NCBI GenBank assembly: GCA_942490575.1
Contig: CALNYA010000048.1
Span: 28,179-92,178, forward strand
Origin: an uncultured Verrucomicrobiota bacterium
GTDB lineage: Bacteria; Verrucomicrobiota; Verrucomicrobiia; Limisphaerales; CAIMTB01
Reading direction: 5' to 3'
Length of the DNA stretch: 64,000 nt
In this document: one piece after another, positions 19,751 through 31,300 of the stretch
How positions within the stretch are numbered: position 1 is the first letter of the stretch
Layout of the letters: each line of letters begins with the position of its first letter
Program-made: the position numbers and the translations under genes
Notes under the pieces: model-generated
The model's database searches: none
The model's input: the letters and a program-made list of their open reading frames with translations, nothing else
Told to the model about the DNA's origin: nothing

Positions 19751-21636
19751 TCACTCTGGCGGACGCTGTCCACCGCCGCCCGTTGCCGCGCACGCCCGCG
19801 CCACCTTCAGCGCCCCCTCACCACCGCCACGCTGACCGCCACCCCGTTGTCCGCCGCCGCCCATGCCAGGAAATCGCGACTGCATTTCGGCCCGCATCGC
19901 CTGCCGCTCCTCGTCGTTCAGAGTTCGCCGTCACCGTCCTTGTCGAACTGCTTGCGCATCTCCTCGAACTGCGCACGCATCTGCTCGGGATTCATCTGGG
20001 CTCCACCCGGAGCGGTGCCGGGGCGACCGCCTTCAGCAACCCCGGCGGCTCCCTCCTCACCCGGCGCCTCCCTCCGGGTGGTGATGGTCGGTCGCGGCGG
20101 TGCGTTGGTGAGAATCTCCTGGTCGCTCCTCGGTCCAGGATCGCCCCCTCGAGGTCCTTCTCCTGGGTGTCGAAAGGCGGCGAGAGGAGGACGTGATCCC
20201 CCTCCTTCAGCCCGGAGAGTGATCTCGATGAACCGGGTGTTGTACAGGCCGACTTCGACCGGAACGGGTTTGGGGTCGCGCCGCGTCGGAGGACGTAGAC
20301 CACCTGCTGCCCCTTCAAGGTGGTCACCGCCTGGATGGGGACCGAGAGGGCGTCGCTGATGTTGGTGATGATGATCTCGGCCCGGGCCGAGACGCCCGGT
20401 TTGACGTCCGGGAATCGGTCGGTGATGTGGACCTCGGTCTTGTAAACCTTGAGGTTGGGATTGCCCCAGCGGCTCTGGGCGTCGGGCAGGAGCGCCACCT
20501 TGTCGACCACGCCCGGAACTCGCTGATCGGGCATGGAATCGAGGACGACGAAGGCCGGGTGCCCGGCCTGGACCATGTTGACGTGGGACTCGTGCACCTT
20601 GATGGTGACCTTCATCCGGGACACGTCGGGGAGTTTGATGAGTTCCTGGCGATTCCGGACGGTGGCGCCCTCCTCGATGAGCGATTCGCTGGAGAAGCGG
20701 TTTTCGGAGACGTTGTAGACCACGAGTCCGTCCTGGGGAGCGAAGATCTTGGTGGCGTTGAGGTTTTTGCGATCCCGCTCGAGCTTGCGCTCGTTGAGGG
20801 CGAGCGTGTTGGACTGGGTGATCAGGTCGGCCTCGTACTGGGCGATGCGCCGTTCGCCCTGCTGCTTGACGCGCTCGAGATCCTTCTCGCCTCGTCGACG
20901 GCGGATTCGAACTCGGTCGGAGCTTACGTGATCGAAGTTCTCGATCATCCAGATCTGGCTGCATCGCCTGGATCTGCAGGGTCAGTTCCTGGTTGGTCAC
21001 GCTGAGTCGGTCGCGATCGACGCGTTGCTTGGTTTCGAAGCCCTTGGCGGCGAGGTTCCTCGGTCCATTAGTGTACTTGTCGAGATGCTGAGCTGGGCTT
21101 CCGTCTTGGTGATGTTGTTGGAGGCGGTGAGCAGTTCCACCCTCGCCTCACCCTCCAGGTATTTGTCCAGGTCCAGCTTCGCGAATTGCAGCTTGAGTTC
21201 GGCAGCGCGCACTTGGCTGTCGACGATGCTGCGCTCGATGTCCAATTGCTTCTCGGAGGAGAGCAAGGCGTACTGGGCCTTCTCGAAGGCGATTTGCTGC
21301 TGGTTGACCTGGTCCTGAGCCTGCGTGGAGTCGAGTTCCACCAGCAGATCCCCTCTTCACGTAACGTCCCTTCGGGGACGATGTAGATGATCCGCGAGGT
21401 GCCTTCGACTTCGTTGCGGATGCTCACCTCGTTGACGGCCTCCAGGTGCCGCCCTCGACGATGGAAACCGTGAAATCGCCGCGGCGAACCTCGAAGAAGG
21501 CCGTGTCGGCGCTGACGGTCTTGGGTCGGAAGACCCAGGAGAGGAGGATCAGTCCGAGGATGGCCACGCCGGCCGTGAGGAGGACGGGGCGCCGGAGGAT
21601 CAGGGAACGGACGGTGGAAAGGGAGGGTAATGACAT
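19751..21636 (-). pseudogene. macA: MacA/HlyD-family periplasmic adaptor (membrane fusion protein), frame broken at least 11 times, with unusual EF-hand-like Gly-rich tail
   Basis: Fragments are the N-terminal TM (21424..21636), lipoyl/coiled-coil pieces (21068..21427, 20997..21341) and the beta-barrel part (19992..20948, 19918..21000). Start is ATG 21636, 6 nt after the tolC stop. The inferred stop is TGA 19751. Confidence 0.75.
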
Positions 21637-21642
21637 CGTCGT

Positions 21643-23466
21643 TCAGGGTGCGGGTGCGGGTGCTGGGACGGGTTCGAGGAACCGGTCGGGCGGAATGAGT
21701 TCGTTGTCCGGCATCTGCAGGGGCCCGGGGCCGCGCATTTCGGGGGTCAGTCGGTCCGTGAGGGTGTCCTGGAGCCAGAACTTGGGCTGGTCGGTGGGGA
21801 GGATGCCGACGTCGAGGAGCAGTTGGAGCCGGGTTTGGGCGTAGGCGGTGATGGTTTGGGTGAGCCCGTTCTTGCTGGAGATGAGCTGGTCCTGGGCTTC
21901 GCGGACGTCGCGGACCTGGACGCGGCCCGCGGTGAAGAGCATGTCGTTCATCTCGACGCGGCGTTCGGCGACCTCCAGGGAGGCTTTGGCGTTGAGGTAG
22001 TTCAGTCGTCGCTGTTCGAGGGTCCGCAAACCCTCCTCGATGCGGTCCTTGAAATTATCCAGCGTGAGGCCGAGCGAGCGGATGGAGGATTCGAAATTGA
22101 TGAGCGAGGCGCGGTAGGTGTTGCGCTCCCGGAGTCGGTTGACAGGCAGGTCGAGGGAGAGTCCCGCCGAGTAGCGGACATTTTGGAGGTCGAAGTTCGC
22201 GTAGTCGTAGGGACCTTCCGATTGGAGCGACGCGCCGCCCGTGAGAAGCAATCCCGGCTTCAAGGCGTCCGCCGCGAGGCGGACCTTGCGTTTGATGTCC
22301 TCGAAACGATCGATGGCGTTGAGGATGTCCATGTGGTGTTCGATGGCCATCCGGAAACCGGCCGCGCGGTCCAGGTCGACGGGAATAAGCCCGGTGCTGA
22401 CGAGGTCCTCGAGGTCGGAATCCTCGAGGTAGACCCCCTCGCTGATGGGCAGGCCGAGGCGGAGTTTGAACGAGGCGAGGCTGTTGAGGTATCCGGCGAC
22501 CGAGTTGACGTAACCGTTCCGGGCGGAGAGTTCGGACGCGCGGGCGTCGTCGACCGAGGAGCGGCGTTCTCGGTCGGTCCGGGCGTCGGTGTAATCGGTG
22601 AGGTAGGCCCGACGGAGGAAGTTGGTGTAATTGTTCCGGACGTTGTCCTTCTGGGTGAGGAGCGCGAAGTAGTTGTTGACGATGTCGACGGCGAACTGGT
22701 GCTGGTAGAGCGTGAACGAGCGGATGGCGTAGACGACGTTTCGTTCGGACTGGGTGAGCGACTCGACCTGGGGGCTGTTGCGGCCGAACCCCCGAAGGAG
22801 GGGTTGGCTCAGGTTGACGGAAAGAATGTTGATGGCGGAATCGCGGGACGAATTGCCGACGGAGGACCAGCCGGTGAAGTACCGAAGGAGGTCGTTCGCG
22901 AGGGACACGCTGAGCCGGCCGCCGGTGGCGAGGAGTTGATCGACCCCCACCTGGGTGCGGACCCTTCCCGCCTGGGCTCCGCTCGGAGTGCCCGAGACGT
23001 CGGCGGTGGATTCGGCGAAGAACTGGGGGGAGAACTCGAACCGGGCCCCGGTCAGGCTGAGCGCCGCCAGGTACAATTGCTCCTTCTGGGTCTGGTATTC
23101 GCGGCTGTTGCGGATGGCGAGGTCCAGGACCTCGTTGAGGTGGAGGATCCGCTGGTTGGTCGCCTGCCGGTTCTCCAGGATCTCGGCGGGGGACACGGTC
23201 TTGGGATCCCGGCCGGAGAAGACGGTGTCGATGGTGAAGGCGTTGGTCTTCGCGAACAACTGTTGCTCAAAATCCTGGAGGATCCGGTACGACTGCCGGT
23301 CGGCGGCGTCGTGGTAGTGTTTTTTGGAACAACCGACGTCCAGGAACAGGAAGGGCGCGAGGGAAAGGACCAGCGCCGCGACCCTGGCGAAGACGCTGGA
23401 CCCAGCAGGGCTCCCGGGCCGGGGAGCTTGCTGTTCCCTCTTGGGACACTCAGTAGATTGTCTCAT
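21643..23466 (-). CDS. TolC-family outer membrane efflux protein (lipoprotein-type signal)
   Basis: 607 aa and intact. Lipobox LDVGCS is present, with two TolC-like repeat halves rich in coiled-coil segments. It is the first gene of the tolC-macA-macB array. Confidence 0.85.
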   Translation of the reverse strand: MRQSTECPKREQQAPRPGSPAGSSVFARVAALVLSLAPFLFLDVGCSKKHYHDAADRQSYRILQDFEQQLFAKTNAFTIDTVFSGRDPKTVSPAEILENRQATNQRILHLNEVLDLAIRNSREYQTQKEQLYLAALSLTGARFEFSPQFFAESTADVSGTPSGAQAGRVRTQVGVDQLLATGGRLSVSLANDLLRYFTGWSSVGNSSRDSAINILSVNLSQPLLRGFGRNSPQVESLTQSERNVVYAIRSFTLYQHQFAVDIVNNYFALLTQKDNVRNNYTNFLRRAYLTDYTDARTDRERRSSVDDARASELSARNGYVNSVAGYLNSLASFKLRLGLPISEGVYLEDSDLEDLVSTGLIPVDLDRAAGFRMAIEHHMDILNAIDRFEDIKRKVRLAADALKPGLLLTGGASLQSEGPYDYANFDLQNVRYSAGLSLDLPVNRLRERNTYRASLINFESSIRSLGLTLDNFKDRIEEGLRTLEQRRLNYLNAKASLEVAERRVEMNDMLFTAGRVQVRDVREAQDQLISSKNGLTQTITAYAQTRLQLLLDVGILPTDQPKFWLQDTLTDRLTPEMRGPGPLQMPDNELIPPDRFLEPVPAPAPAP

Positions 23467-24146
23467 CGTAAAGCCAAAAAGCCCGAGGCGCGAAAAAACG
23501 GAACGGCGCGGCCGGACAGGATTCCGTTCGCGAACGATAGGGGTTGTTCCCGGGGCGGTTGGGCGAGGTTGGGGTGGAATATCACCTTTCTGGAGGATGT
23601 TGACGGGTTGTGACGTCTTTTGGATACAGGGAATTCATGTCGGCAAGGGGTTGGAGGCGAACTCGAAGCCGCCCGATTCCGGAGCCCAGTCGCCGCCGGG
23701 GTCGAGCTTTTTGGATGATGAATGAGTTGGGCTGATGCCGAAGGGTCAAAAAGCAGGTGTCCGCCGAGCGTGGATTGCGAAGCCGGGGACAAGCGACGGG
23801 CAGGCGTTCCCGTTGACGATTCCGTGATTCGGGAGCAGTAAAGAAGGGCGGTCGGAGGCGGGTTCGGAAGGCCGAACCGGGAGGCCGGATCCAAGGGGAT
23901 CCACGGGATCTGGAAGGGGCCGAGGTCGACTGGAAAGTCGGCGCCACCTTGGAAGGGCGGGACGGCGAGTCGGCGGGTCGGGGAGGGGTCGGGAATCGAT
24001 TTGGGTGTCGTGCCCAAGCCGTGGAGGGGCCCACGGCCGGCGCGGCAAGGGGTATGACCCCGGGGTCTGCAGGCCCCGGGGTCGTCTCGTTCCGGGAGAG
24101 GGGGGCGAGGTTGACGGTGGGAGGGTGCCTCACTACGTTCGGCCCA

Positions 24147-24542
24147 ATGATTGCAGGAACGGCAGCGGCCACAAGCGCGGCGGCCCCATCGGCCGCGTTC
24201 CGACGGGGGGACGAGCGCCTTATTCGACTGACGAACTCCGCCGCCGACAAGGTGCGGGGTTTGCTTCAGAAGCAGGGGCGTCCCCAAGGGGTTCTCCGTG
24301 TCGCGGTGGTGGGGGGTGGCTGTTCCGGATTGCAATACAAGATGGACCTTCAGGACCGGCCTCAAAACAGGGATATCCTCGTCGAATCGGTCGGCGTTCA
24401 GGTGGTCGTCGATCCCAAGAGCGCCCTCTATGTGACCGGGTCCGAACTCGACTACCTGGATGCGCTCCAGGGGGGCGGGTTCAAAGTCACGAACCCGAAC
24501 GCGGCGACAAGTTGCTCGTGCGGGGAGAGTTTCAGCGCGTGA
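24147..24542 (+). CDS. iscA: HesB/IscA-family iron-sulfur cluster insertion protein
   Basis: Start at ATG 24147 (MIAGTAAA) within ORF 23949..24542. Family motifs GGGCSGLQY and the C-terminal CSCGESF are present. Confidence 0.85.
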   Translation: MIAGTAAATSAAAPSAAFRRGDERLIRLTNSAADKVRGLLQKQGRPQGVLRVAVVGGGCSGLQYKMDLQDRPQNRDILVESVGVQVVVDPKSALYVTGSELDYLDALQGGGFKVTNPNAATSCSCGESFSA

Positions 24543-24654
24543 CGCCGGGAGTTCCTTTCCCAACGCTTGCCCGGCCTTTCCGTTCTCCGGCGGGGTTGTT
24601 CCGGACTCGCGGAAGGATCGGGCGCCTCGAACTCCCGGACCCGAGTCTTTTCCG

Positions 24655-25296
24655 ATGAGTCACCATCCGAGGGGGGCCGATTTTTTTTCGCGCTTGGGCG
24701 AGACCCGGCGGCCGTGGCTGGATTCCGAGAGCCTTCGTTCACGCTTTGTCGAGATCTCCGCGGAAACGCATCCGGACCGGCACCATGAAGCGGCCGAGAC
24801 GGTGAGGGCGGAGGCGGGCCGGCGGTACGCGGAATTGAACGAGGCCTACCAGGTTTTGCGGGAGCCGCGGGCGCGATTGCTTCATCTGATCGAGTTGGAG
24901 CTCGGGCACAAACCCAGCGACATCCAGAAGATTCCACCGGGGACGATGGACCTGTTCGTCGAGGTGGGGCAGTTGTGCCGGGACGTGGACGGCTTTCTGT
25001 CGGAGCGAAGCCGGGTGACGTCGCCGATGCTGAAGGTTCGCTTGTTCACCGACGGCATGGGGTGGGTGGCGAAGCTGAAGGAATTGCAGGGGCGGGTTTC
25101 GGCCCGCGAACGCGCCCTCGGGGAGGAATTGGAGCGGATGAACGGGGTTTGGGCCTCGGCGCCGCCCGAGGGCGCCGAGGAACGGAGATCCGCGTTGCCG
25201 CTGACCCGGCTGGAGGAGATCTACCGGGTTCTCAGCTACTCCACGCGGTGGACGGGGCAGATCCAGGAACGTCTGGTCGAATTGGCTTTGGCGTGA
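24655..25296 (+). CDS. J-domain co-chaperone, HscB-like
   Basis: Start at ATG 24655 ([11 protein letters not shown]). The HPD tripeptide lies in a J-domain-like context ([12 protein letters not shown]...[14 protein letters not shown]). It sits immediately downstream of the iscA-like gene. Assignment to HscB specifically is uncertain. Confidence 0.55.
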   Translation: MSHHPRGADFFSRLGETRRPWLDSESLRSRFVEISAETHPDRHHEAAETVRAEAGRRYAELNEAYQVLREPRARLLHLIELELGHKPSDIQKIPPGTMDLFVEVGQLCRDVDGFLSERSRVTSPMLKVRLFTDGMGWVAKLKELQGRVSARERALGEELERMNGVWASAPPEGAEERRSALPLTRLEEIYRVLSYSTRWTGQIQERLVELALA

Positions 25297-25429
25297 TCCG
25301 CCAAGGGAAGCCGCGCTGGATTCGGATCCATGCGCTTGCCTCCGTTTGGCGACGCGGTATTTTGCGCCGGCCCGAGGGGTCGAACGCGTGCCACCGGGTT
25401 TCCCCGCCTCCAGTCCCACTGTGAAATCC

Positions 25430-28297
25430 ATGCCTGATTCAGTTGCCTTGAACCCGACGGATTCCTTCGTACGCCGCCATGTTGGACCGAGGCCGGCGGA
25501 GATGGTCGACATGGCGCGGGTGTGCGGATTCGACACCCTCGACGGGTTGGTGGATGCGGCCGTGCCCTCGGGGATCCGGTCCGGGAGGCCGATGGACCTC
25601 CCGAGGGCCCTCTCCGAGTCGGAAGCGCTTTCGCGACTGAAGGAGATCGCGGGACTCAACCGGGTCTTCCGGTCCTTCATCGGGATGGGGTACCACGACA
25701 CCCTCGTGCCCCCGGTGATCCAGCGGAACATCCTGGAGAATCCGGGCTGGTACACCCAGTACACGCCCTACCAGTCCGAGATTTCCCAAGGCCGCCTGGA
25801 GGGATTGCTCAATTTCCAGACGATGGTGGCGGACCTGACCGGTCTGGACGTGGCGAACGCCTCGCTCCTGGATGAGGCCACCGCCTGCGCCGAGGCCATG
25901 ATGATGTGCCACCGGCTGAAGGCGGGCGAAGCGGGGGGCGACGGTCGGGACAGGTTCTTCGTCTCGGAGGACTGTCATCCGCAGAACATCGACCTGGTGC
26001 GCACGCGCGCGGAGGCGTTGGGCCTGCGAGTGGAGATCGGTCCGTTGGCGGAGCGCCGGTTCGGACCGGGTCTGTTCGGCGCGCTCGTATCGAATCCCGC
26101 GACCGACGGAACGGTTCGAGACTTGTCGGGATTCATCGAGGCGGCCCACGCGGCCGGGGTTTTGGTGGTGGTCGCGACCGATCTGCTGGCGCTGACACTC
26201 GTTCGATCGCCTGGGGAGATGGGGGCGGATGTGGCGGTGGGGAGCGCCCAACGGTTTGGGGTCCCCTTGGGATTCGGGGGGCCGCACGCGGGGTTCATGG
26301 CGACCCGGGACGCGATGAAACGTGGATTGCCGGGGCGCCTGGTGGGGGTTTCCAAGGACGCGCGCGGGAGGCCGGCCTTGCGACTTTCCCTGGGGACGCG
26401 CGAACAGCACATCCGGCGGGAGAAGGCGACGTCGAACATCTGCACGGCCCAGGCGTTGCTGGCGAATATGGCGATGGCCTACGCCTGCTACCATGGGCCG
26501 GAGGGTTTGAGGGGAATCGCCAGCCGTGTCCACGGGCTGACGGCGCGGTTGGCGGCGGGCTTGGAACGTCTCGGCCGCCGGGTATTGACCGAGGTCTTTT
26601 TCGACACGCTGATGGTGGAGGTCGGGGATGCCTCGTCGGTGCATTCCCTGGCCGCCGGGCACGGGATCAACCTGCGTCGGGTGGACGCCACGCGGGTGGG
26701 AATCGCCCTGGACGAGGCGACCACGGAGGCCGAGGTGGATCTCCTGCTGCGAATCCTGAACGGGGACCAGGCCCCGGACTTCGGCGTGGCGACGGTGATC
26801 CCGAAGCGGGTCGATCCGCCGGAAAGGGTGGCGCCGTATCTGCGGCATCCGGTTTTCCACCGGCATCGGAGCGAGACGGAGATGCAGCGGTACCTCCGGC
26901 GGTTGGAATCCCGGGACCTTTCGTTGTGTCACAGCATGATTCCGCTGGGGTCATGCACCATGAAGCTGAACGCGGCGGCGGAGATGTTTCCGGTGAGTTG
27001 GGCCGAGTTCGCGCGCATCCATCCGTTTGTCCCGCTGGACCAGGTCGAGGGGTACCTGCGGTTGTTCCGGGACCTGGAAACCTGGCTGGCCGAGATCACC
27101 GGATTCGCGGGCGTATCGCTTCAGCCGAACGCGGGTTCCCAAGGCGAGTACGCCGGACTTCTGGTGATCCGGGCCTGGCACCGGAGCCGGGGGGAGTCCG
27201 GTCGGACGGTGTGTTTGATACCGACCAGCGCGCACGGGACGAATCCGGCCAGCGCCGTGATGGCGGGGATGCGGGTCGTGGCGGTGGTGTGCGACCGGGA
27301 GGGGAACATCGACGTGGCGGACCTGAGGGCGAAGGTGGCGGGGCACGCGGCGGAACTGGCGTGTCTGATGGTGACCTACCCGAGCACCCACGGGGTCTTC
27401 GAGGCGTCGATTCGGGAGATCTGCTCGATCGTCCACGAGGCGGGCGGGCAGGTGTACATGGATGGGGCGAACATGAACGCCCAGGTGGGCTTGACCAATC
27501 CCGCCGCCATCGGCGCGGACGTCTGCCACCTGAACCTCCACAAGACGTTCTGTATTCCGCACGGGGGCGGGGGCCCGGGGGTCGGGCCGATCTGCGTGGC
27601 GAAACATCTGGCGCCGTTCCTTCCGGGCCATCCGGTGGTGAAACTGGTTGGAGACTCCCCGATAGGCGCCGTGAGCGCGGCGCCCTGGGGCAGCGCCAGC
27701 ATCCTTCCCATACCGTGGATGTACGTGGCCATGATGGGGGCGGACGGACTGACGGAGGCGACGAAGGTCGCGATCCTCAACGCCAACTATGTGGCGAAGC
27801 GCCTGGAGAACCATTTCCCGACTCTCTACCGGGGAGCCCGGGGCGTGGTGGCCCACGAGTGCATTCTCGACCTGCGCCAGTTCAAGAAAGTCACGGCCGA
27901 GGACGTGGCGAAGCGCCTGATGGATTACGGATTCCACGCTCCGACACTCAGTTGGCCGGTGGCGGGGACCTTGATGGTGGAACCGACGGAATCCGAACCG
28001 CGGGCGGAATTGGACCGGTTCTGTGACGCGATGATCGCGATCCACGCGGAAATTATGGTCGTGGAACGTGGCGAAATGGACGCGAAGAACAACCCGCTGA
28101 AGAACGCGCCGCACACGGCGGACGTGGTGGCGGGGGACGTGTGGGACCGCCCGTACAGCCGCGAACAGGCGGCCTTTCCCGTGCCGGGACTACGGGACTG
28201 GAAGTTTTGGCCGGCGGTCGGCCGGGTGGACAACGTCCACGGCGACCGCAACCTCGTCTGCTCGTGCGTCGGGATGGAGGCGTACGGAGGCGCCTGA
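25430..28297 (+). CDS. gcvP: Glycine dehydrogenase (decarboxylating), single-chain P-protein
   Basis: About 955 aa from ATG 25430 ([20 protein letters not shown]). The PLP-lysine region is [16 protein letters not shown]. Length and end-to-end pattern match single-chain GcvP. Confidence 0.95.
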   Translation: MPDSVALNPTDSFVRRHVGPRPAEMVDMARVCGFDTLDGLVDAAVPSGIRSGRPMDLPRALSESEALSRLKEIAGLNRVFRSFIGMGYHDTLVPPVIQRNILENPGWYTQYTPYQSEISQGRLEGLLNFQTMVADLTGLDVANASLLDEATACAEAMMMCHRLKAGEAGGDGRDRFFVSEDCHPQNIDLVRTRAEALGLRVEIGPLAERRFGPGLFGALVSNPATDGTVRDLSGFIEAAHAAGVLVVVATDLLALTLVRSPGEMGADVAVGSAQRFGVPLGFGGPHAGFMATRDAMKRGLPGRLVGVSKDARGRPALRLSLGTREQHIRREKATSNICTAQALLANMAMAYACYHGPEGLRGIASRVHGLTARLAAGLERLGRRVLTEVFFDTLMVEVGDASSVHSLAAGHGINLRRVDATRVGIALDEATTEAEVDLLLRILNGDQAPDFGVATVIPKRVDPPERVAPYLRHPVFHRHRSETEMQRYLRRLESRDLSLCHSMIPLGSCTMKLNAAAEMFPVSWAEFARIHPFVPLDQVEGYLRLFRDLETWLAEITGFAGVSLQPNAGSQGEYAGLLVIRAWHRSRGESGRTVCLIPTSAHGTNPASAVMAGMRVVAVVCDREGNIDVADLRAKVAGHAAELACLMVTYPSTHGVFEASIREICSIVHEAGGQVYMDGANMNAQVGLTNPAAIGADVCHLNLHKTFCIPHGGGGPGVGPICVAKHLAPFLPGHPVVKLVGDSPIGAVSAAPWGSASILPIPWMYVAMMGADGLTEATKVAILNANYVAKRLENHFPTLYRGARGVVAHECILDLRQFKKVTAEDVAKRLMDYGFHAPTLSWPVAGTLMVEPTESEPRAELDRFCDAMIAIHAEIMVVERGEMDAKNNPLKNAPHTADVVAGDVWDRPYSREQAAFPVPGLRDWKFWPAVGRVDNVHGDRNLVCSCVGMEAYGGA

Positions 28298-28316
28298 GCT
28301 CAGCCCAGCGGAGCTT

Positions 28317-31300
28317 TCATGGGCTGGTGAGTCGGAAGGCTTGGTGGATGGATGTGGCGGGCAGCGTCATCTCGGTGGCATTCCGGCTGCCAGGGATGTC
28401 TTTCCAACCGCCAGGAGATTCGGGCGACAAGGCTTGGAGGCGTGTCCCCCGCGGAGCCAGCCAATGGATCCTCAACGCGTCGTCCTCACGTGTCCAAGAG
28501 CGGAATACAGGCCGAAAGGCGAGCGGGGGGCCGTTGCTAAGAATCAAGACGCTGTCTTTGTAGACCGATCCCGGGCCGAACAGAAAAGCTAGGTCCGACG
28601 TGAAATTTCCGATATGCGCGGGGTTGGAGGTGTCGCTCACGTCGAAAAGTCCAATAGACCCCCAACCGGAACCCACGAGGGCGAGGTTTCCGAGTAGGGC
28701 CAAGTTTACTAGGTGTGGGGAGACGGGACCACTGGTGTCGTTGATATCTTGCGCGAACGCGCCAAGTCGACGAGGGGCGACCGGATCCGTGATGTCAAAG
28801 ATCGCGACGCCATCGGGAGTCCCCAGGACGAACGCGCAACAATCCGACAAGGTGACTCGGATCGCGCCGCTGGTGTCGGGAACGCGATGGATCACGGTTG
28901 TTTCGAGGGGATTGGAAAGATCGAGAACCGCCAGGCCACCAGGGCCGTCCGCCAGGTAGCCGTGGGTGTCGCGCACCGCCACCTCGTGTGAATGACCGGT
29001 CGTCTTGAGTCGACTGAGACGAACTGTATTCGATGGGGTGGTGATATCATAGACCAGGAATCCATCATTCCCTCTTTGGGATTCGTACAAGGGATAAGAG
29101 GGACTTGCGACCATGTACAGAAGGTTGCCCGCGGTGGCCAGGGTGGCGTCTTGTACCAACATATTGATCCGCTGAACGAATTTCGGTTGGGACCGGTCGG
29201 AGATGTCCACGACAGCGAGTCCGCCTTGACCCGCGATGAACGCGTGGCCGCCCGACACGACGGTTGATAGGGGGAAGAAGCCTTGGTAGGGCGTGGATCC
29301 GAGTGTCCTGGGTTGCGCGGGATCGCCCACGTCGACAATCCGGAATAGTTGGTCGATATCGACGAAGTAGGCGGTTGTATCCTGCACGAACACCGCGACG
29401 CCGGCGAACATGTCCTCGGATCGGTTCAGCACTTGAAGATGCGACTGACGGCTGAAATCAATCACTTCGAGGCCCCACGGATTCATGGCCACGTAGGCCC
29501 GAGTGCCGTCGATGGCGACGCCGTAGGGTTGGAATATCGTGGGACTCCATCCCACTTGCTTCGGGGAATCCGCGACCGAGATATCAAAAACTGTCACGGC
29601 GTGGTTGGAATCGAAGACCGTCACAAAGTTCCCGCCGATGGAGACACCGCTGGGAGCCAAGGCCGGGTGCCGTTGGTCGGTGATGAACATGGATGCCGGA
29701 TTCGAGATATCGATGGTGGTCAGGGAGACCTCCACGAGGACATACGCGTGGGTGCTTGACACCGCCATGGAAGTGGCGCCCGGCGCGGGAAACGTTGTCT
29801 GGAGTCGGGGTTTCGAGGGATCGCGAACATCGAAAACCCGGATGCCGGCGAATCGGTCGGTGATGAGGACGTGCCGACCGACCACGGCGATATCGCGCGG
29901 GTAGACCGTGGTCCAGACAGGGAGATCCGCGCTGAGGATCCGGGGATTCGCCGGGTCGGCAACGTCGGTGACCTGCACGCCCCGAGTGCCCGCCATGACA
30001 TACGCCAGCCCGTCTTTCACGCGGATTCCCAGGGTTCCACCCAGGGTTTCCCATCCCGCGATCCGCACGGGATTCGTCGGATCGGTGATGTCCACGACAT
30101 GGACCGTCCCGGTGGACGAGGCGACATACGCGTGGTGACCATCAAGGACAAGCTTCCTGGCGTTCGACGCGTCCTCGCACTGTCCGATCAACCGCGGTTG
30201 GGTGGGATCGGAGATATCGATCACCTGGAGGCCGAGGCGAGCCGAGGCCAGGTACGCGTAGGGTGGCGCAAGCGCGATGTCGTGGCTGGATCTCGCTGAA
30301 AGAGTGCCGCCCAAGGACCGCGGGTGGGAAGGTTCGGTGACATCCACGACGTATGTGCCCATGGCCAGGCCGGCGACGCACGCCACTCCTGAATGGACCG
30401 CGATGTCACTGACTGTCGTCGACGGGATTTGGAACGCGCCGATTCTGCCGGGCTGCGAGGGATCCCGAACATCCACGATTTCCATTCCCGCGCTTCCAAG
30501 CGCCACATAGGCGAGCGTTCCCTCGACGGTCACTCCACTGGGGATTCCGGTGGTGGCGATCTGGCCGATCCGACTTGGTTCGCTCGGATTCGCGAGATCC
30601 CATATCTCCAGCTCGGGCTCCGTGGTGACGATGTACCCGGTTGTCCCCACCAGTCTGATTCCCACCGCGCTTCCGCTCGTGCCGAATGCGCCAACTACGC
30701 GGGGGTCCGTGGGCACGCGGAAGTCCACCACGGCCAATCCGTTGGACGAATTGGCGACAAAGACATGATCGCCCGAGATCGCCAGACCTCGAATTGGCGC
30801 GTTCCCGAGGGCGGTGATCCAACATTCCCCCAGTTTCTTGGGGTGGGTTGGTTCGCCAATGTCCAAGAGCACGATGGAATTCAGCGTGTTGATGCAGGCC
30901 CGGTTCCCGTTCACGGCGACCGCGCGGGCATGGTCTCCAAATTGAGCGAGCCGAAGCGGGCGAGTCGGCTCCGAGACATCCACGATTTCGAGGCCTCCGG
31001 GGCCGCGTCCGGCATAGAGGACCGTTCCGGCGAGGACCAGATCACCCTCGATCCGAGTGTAATCCCCGTAGTCGCCAACCACGATGGGCTGGGTCTTGTC
31101 CTTCAAGGAAATGACCTGGATCGTGCCCGCTCCGACGAAGGCGTGGTCGCCGGAGATCACGACTTTCGAAGCGAGATCTCCCCGGTAGGCCGTCAGCAAG
31201 CCGACCCGAATCGGATCCCTGTCCCAATGCGCCTCGGAAGCTCCCACGGTAAAGCGGGCCGCGAGGACTAAGTGTAGCAACGCCGCGAACCTAATCGCCC

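Noticed and set aside
23900-23960. RNase P RNA-like motif (GGAAAGTCGG) in the tolC-iscA intergenic region
   Set aside because: It is only a partial match to GAGGAAAGUCCGGGC. The other universally conserved RNase P segments (GGUAAGGGUGAAAGGGUG-like, ACAGAAxxCGGCUUA-like) are absent nearby.
25297-25429. Possible glycine riboswitch upstream of gcvP
   Set aside because: I could not find the conserved aptamer elements (GGAGAG...ACCGAAGGGGCAA-type cores) in the 133-nt leader. A covariance-model scan would be the decisive test.
270-28297. A glycine-cleavage/lipoate 'cluster' (gcvR-like, lipA, iscA/J-protein, gcvP)
   Set aside because: The genes are thematically related, but they are separated by 20+ kb of unrelated genes on both strands. 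gcvT and gcvH are absent from the window. There is no operonic or positional evidence for a system.
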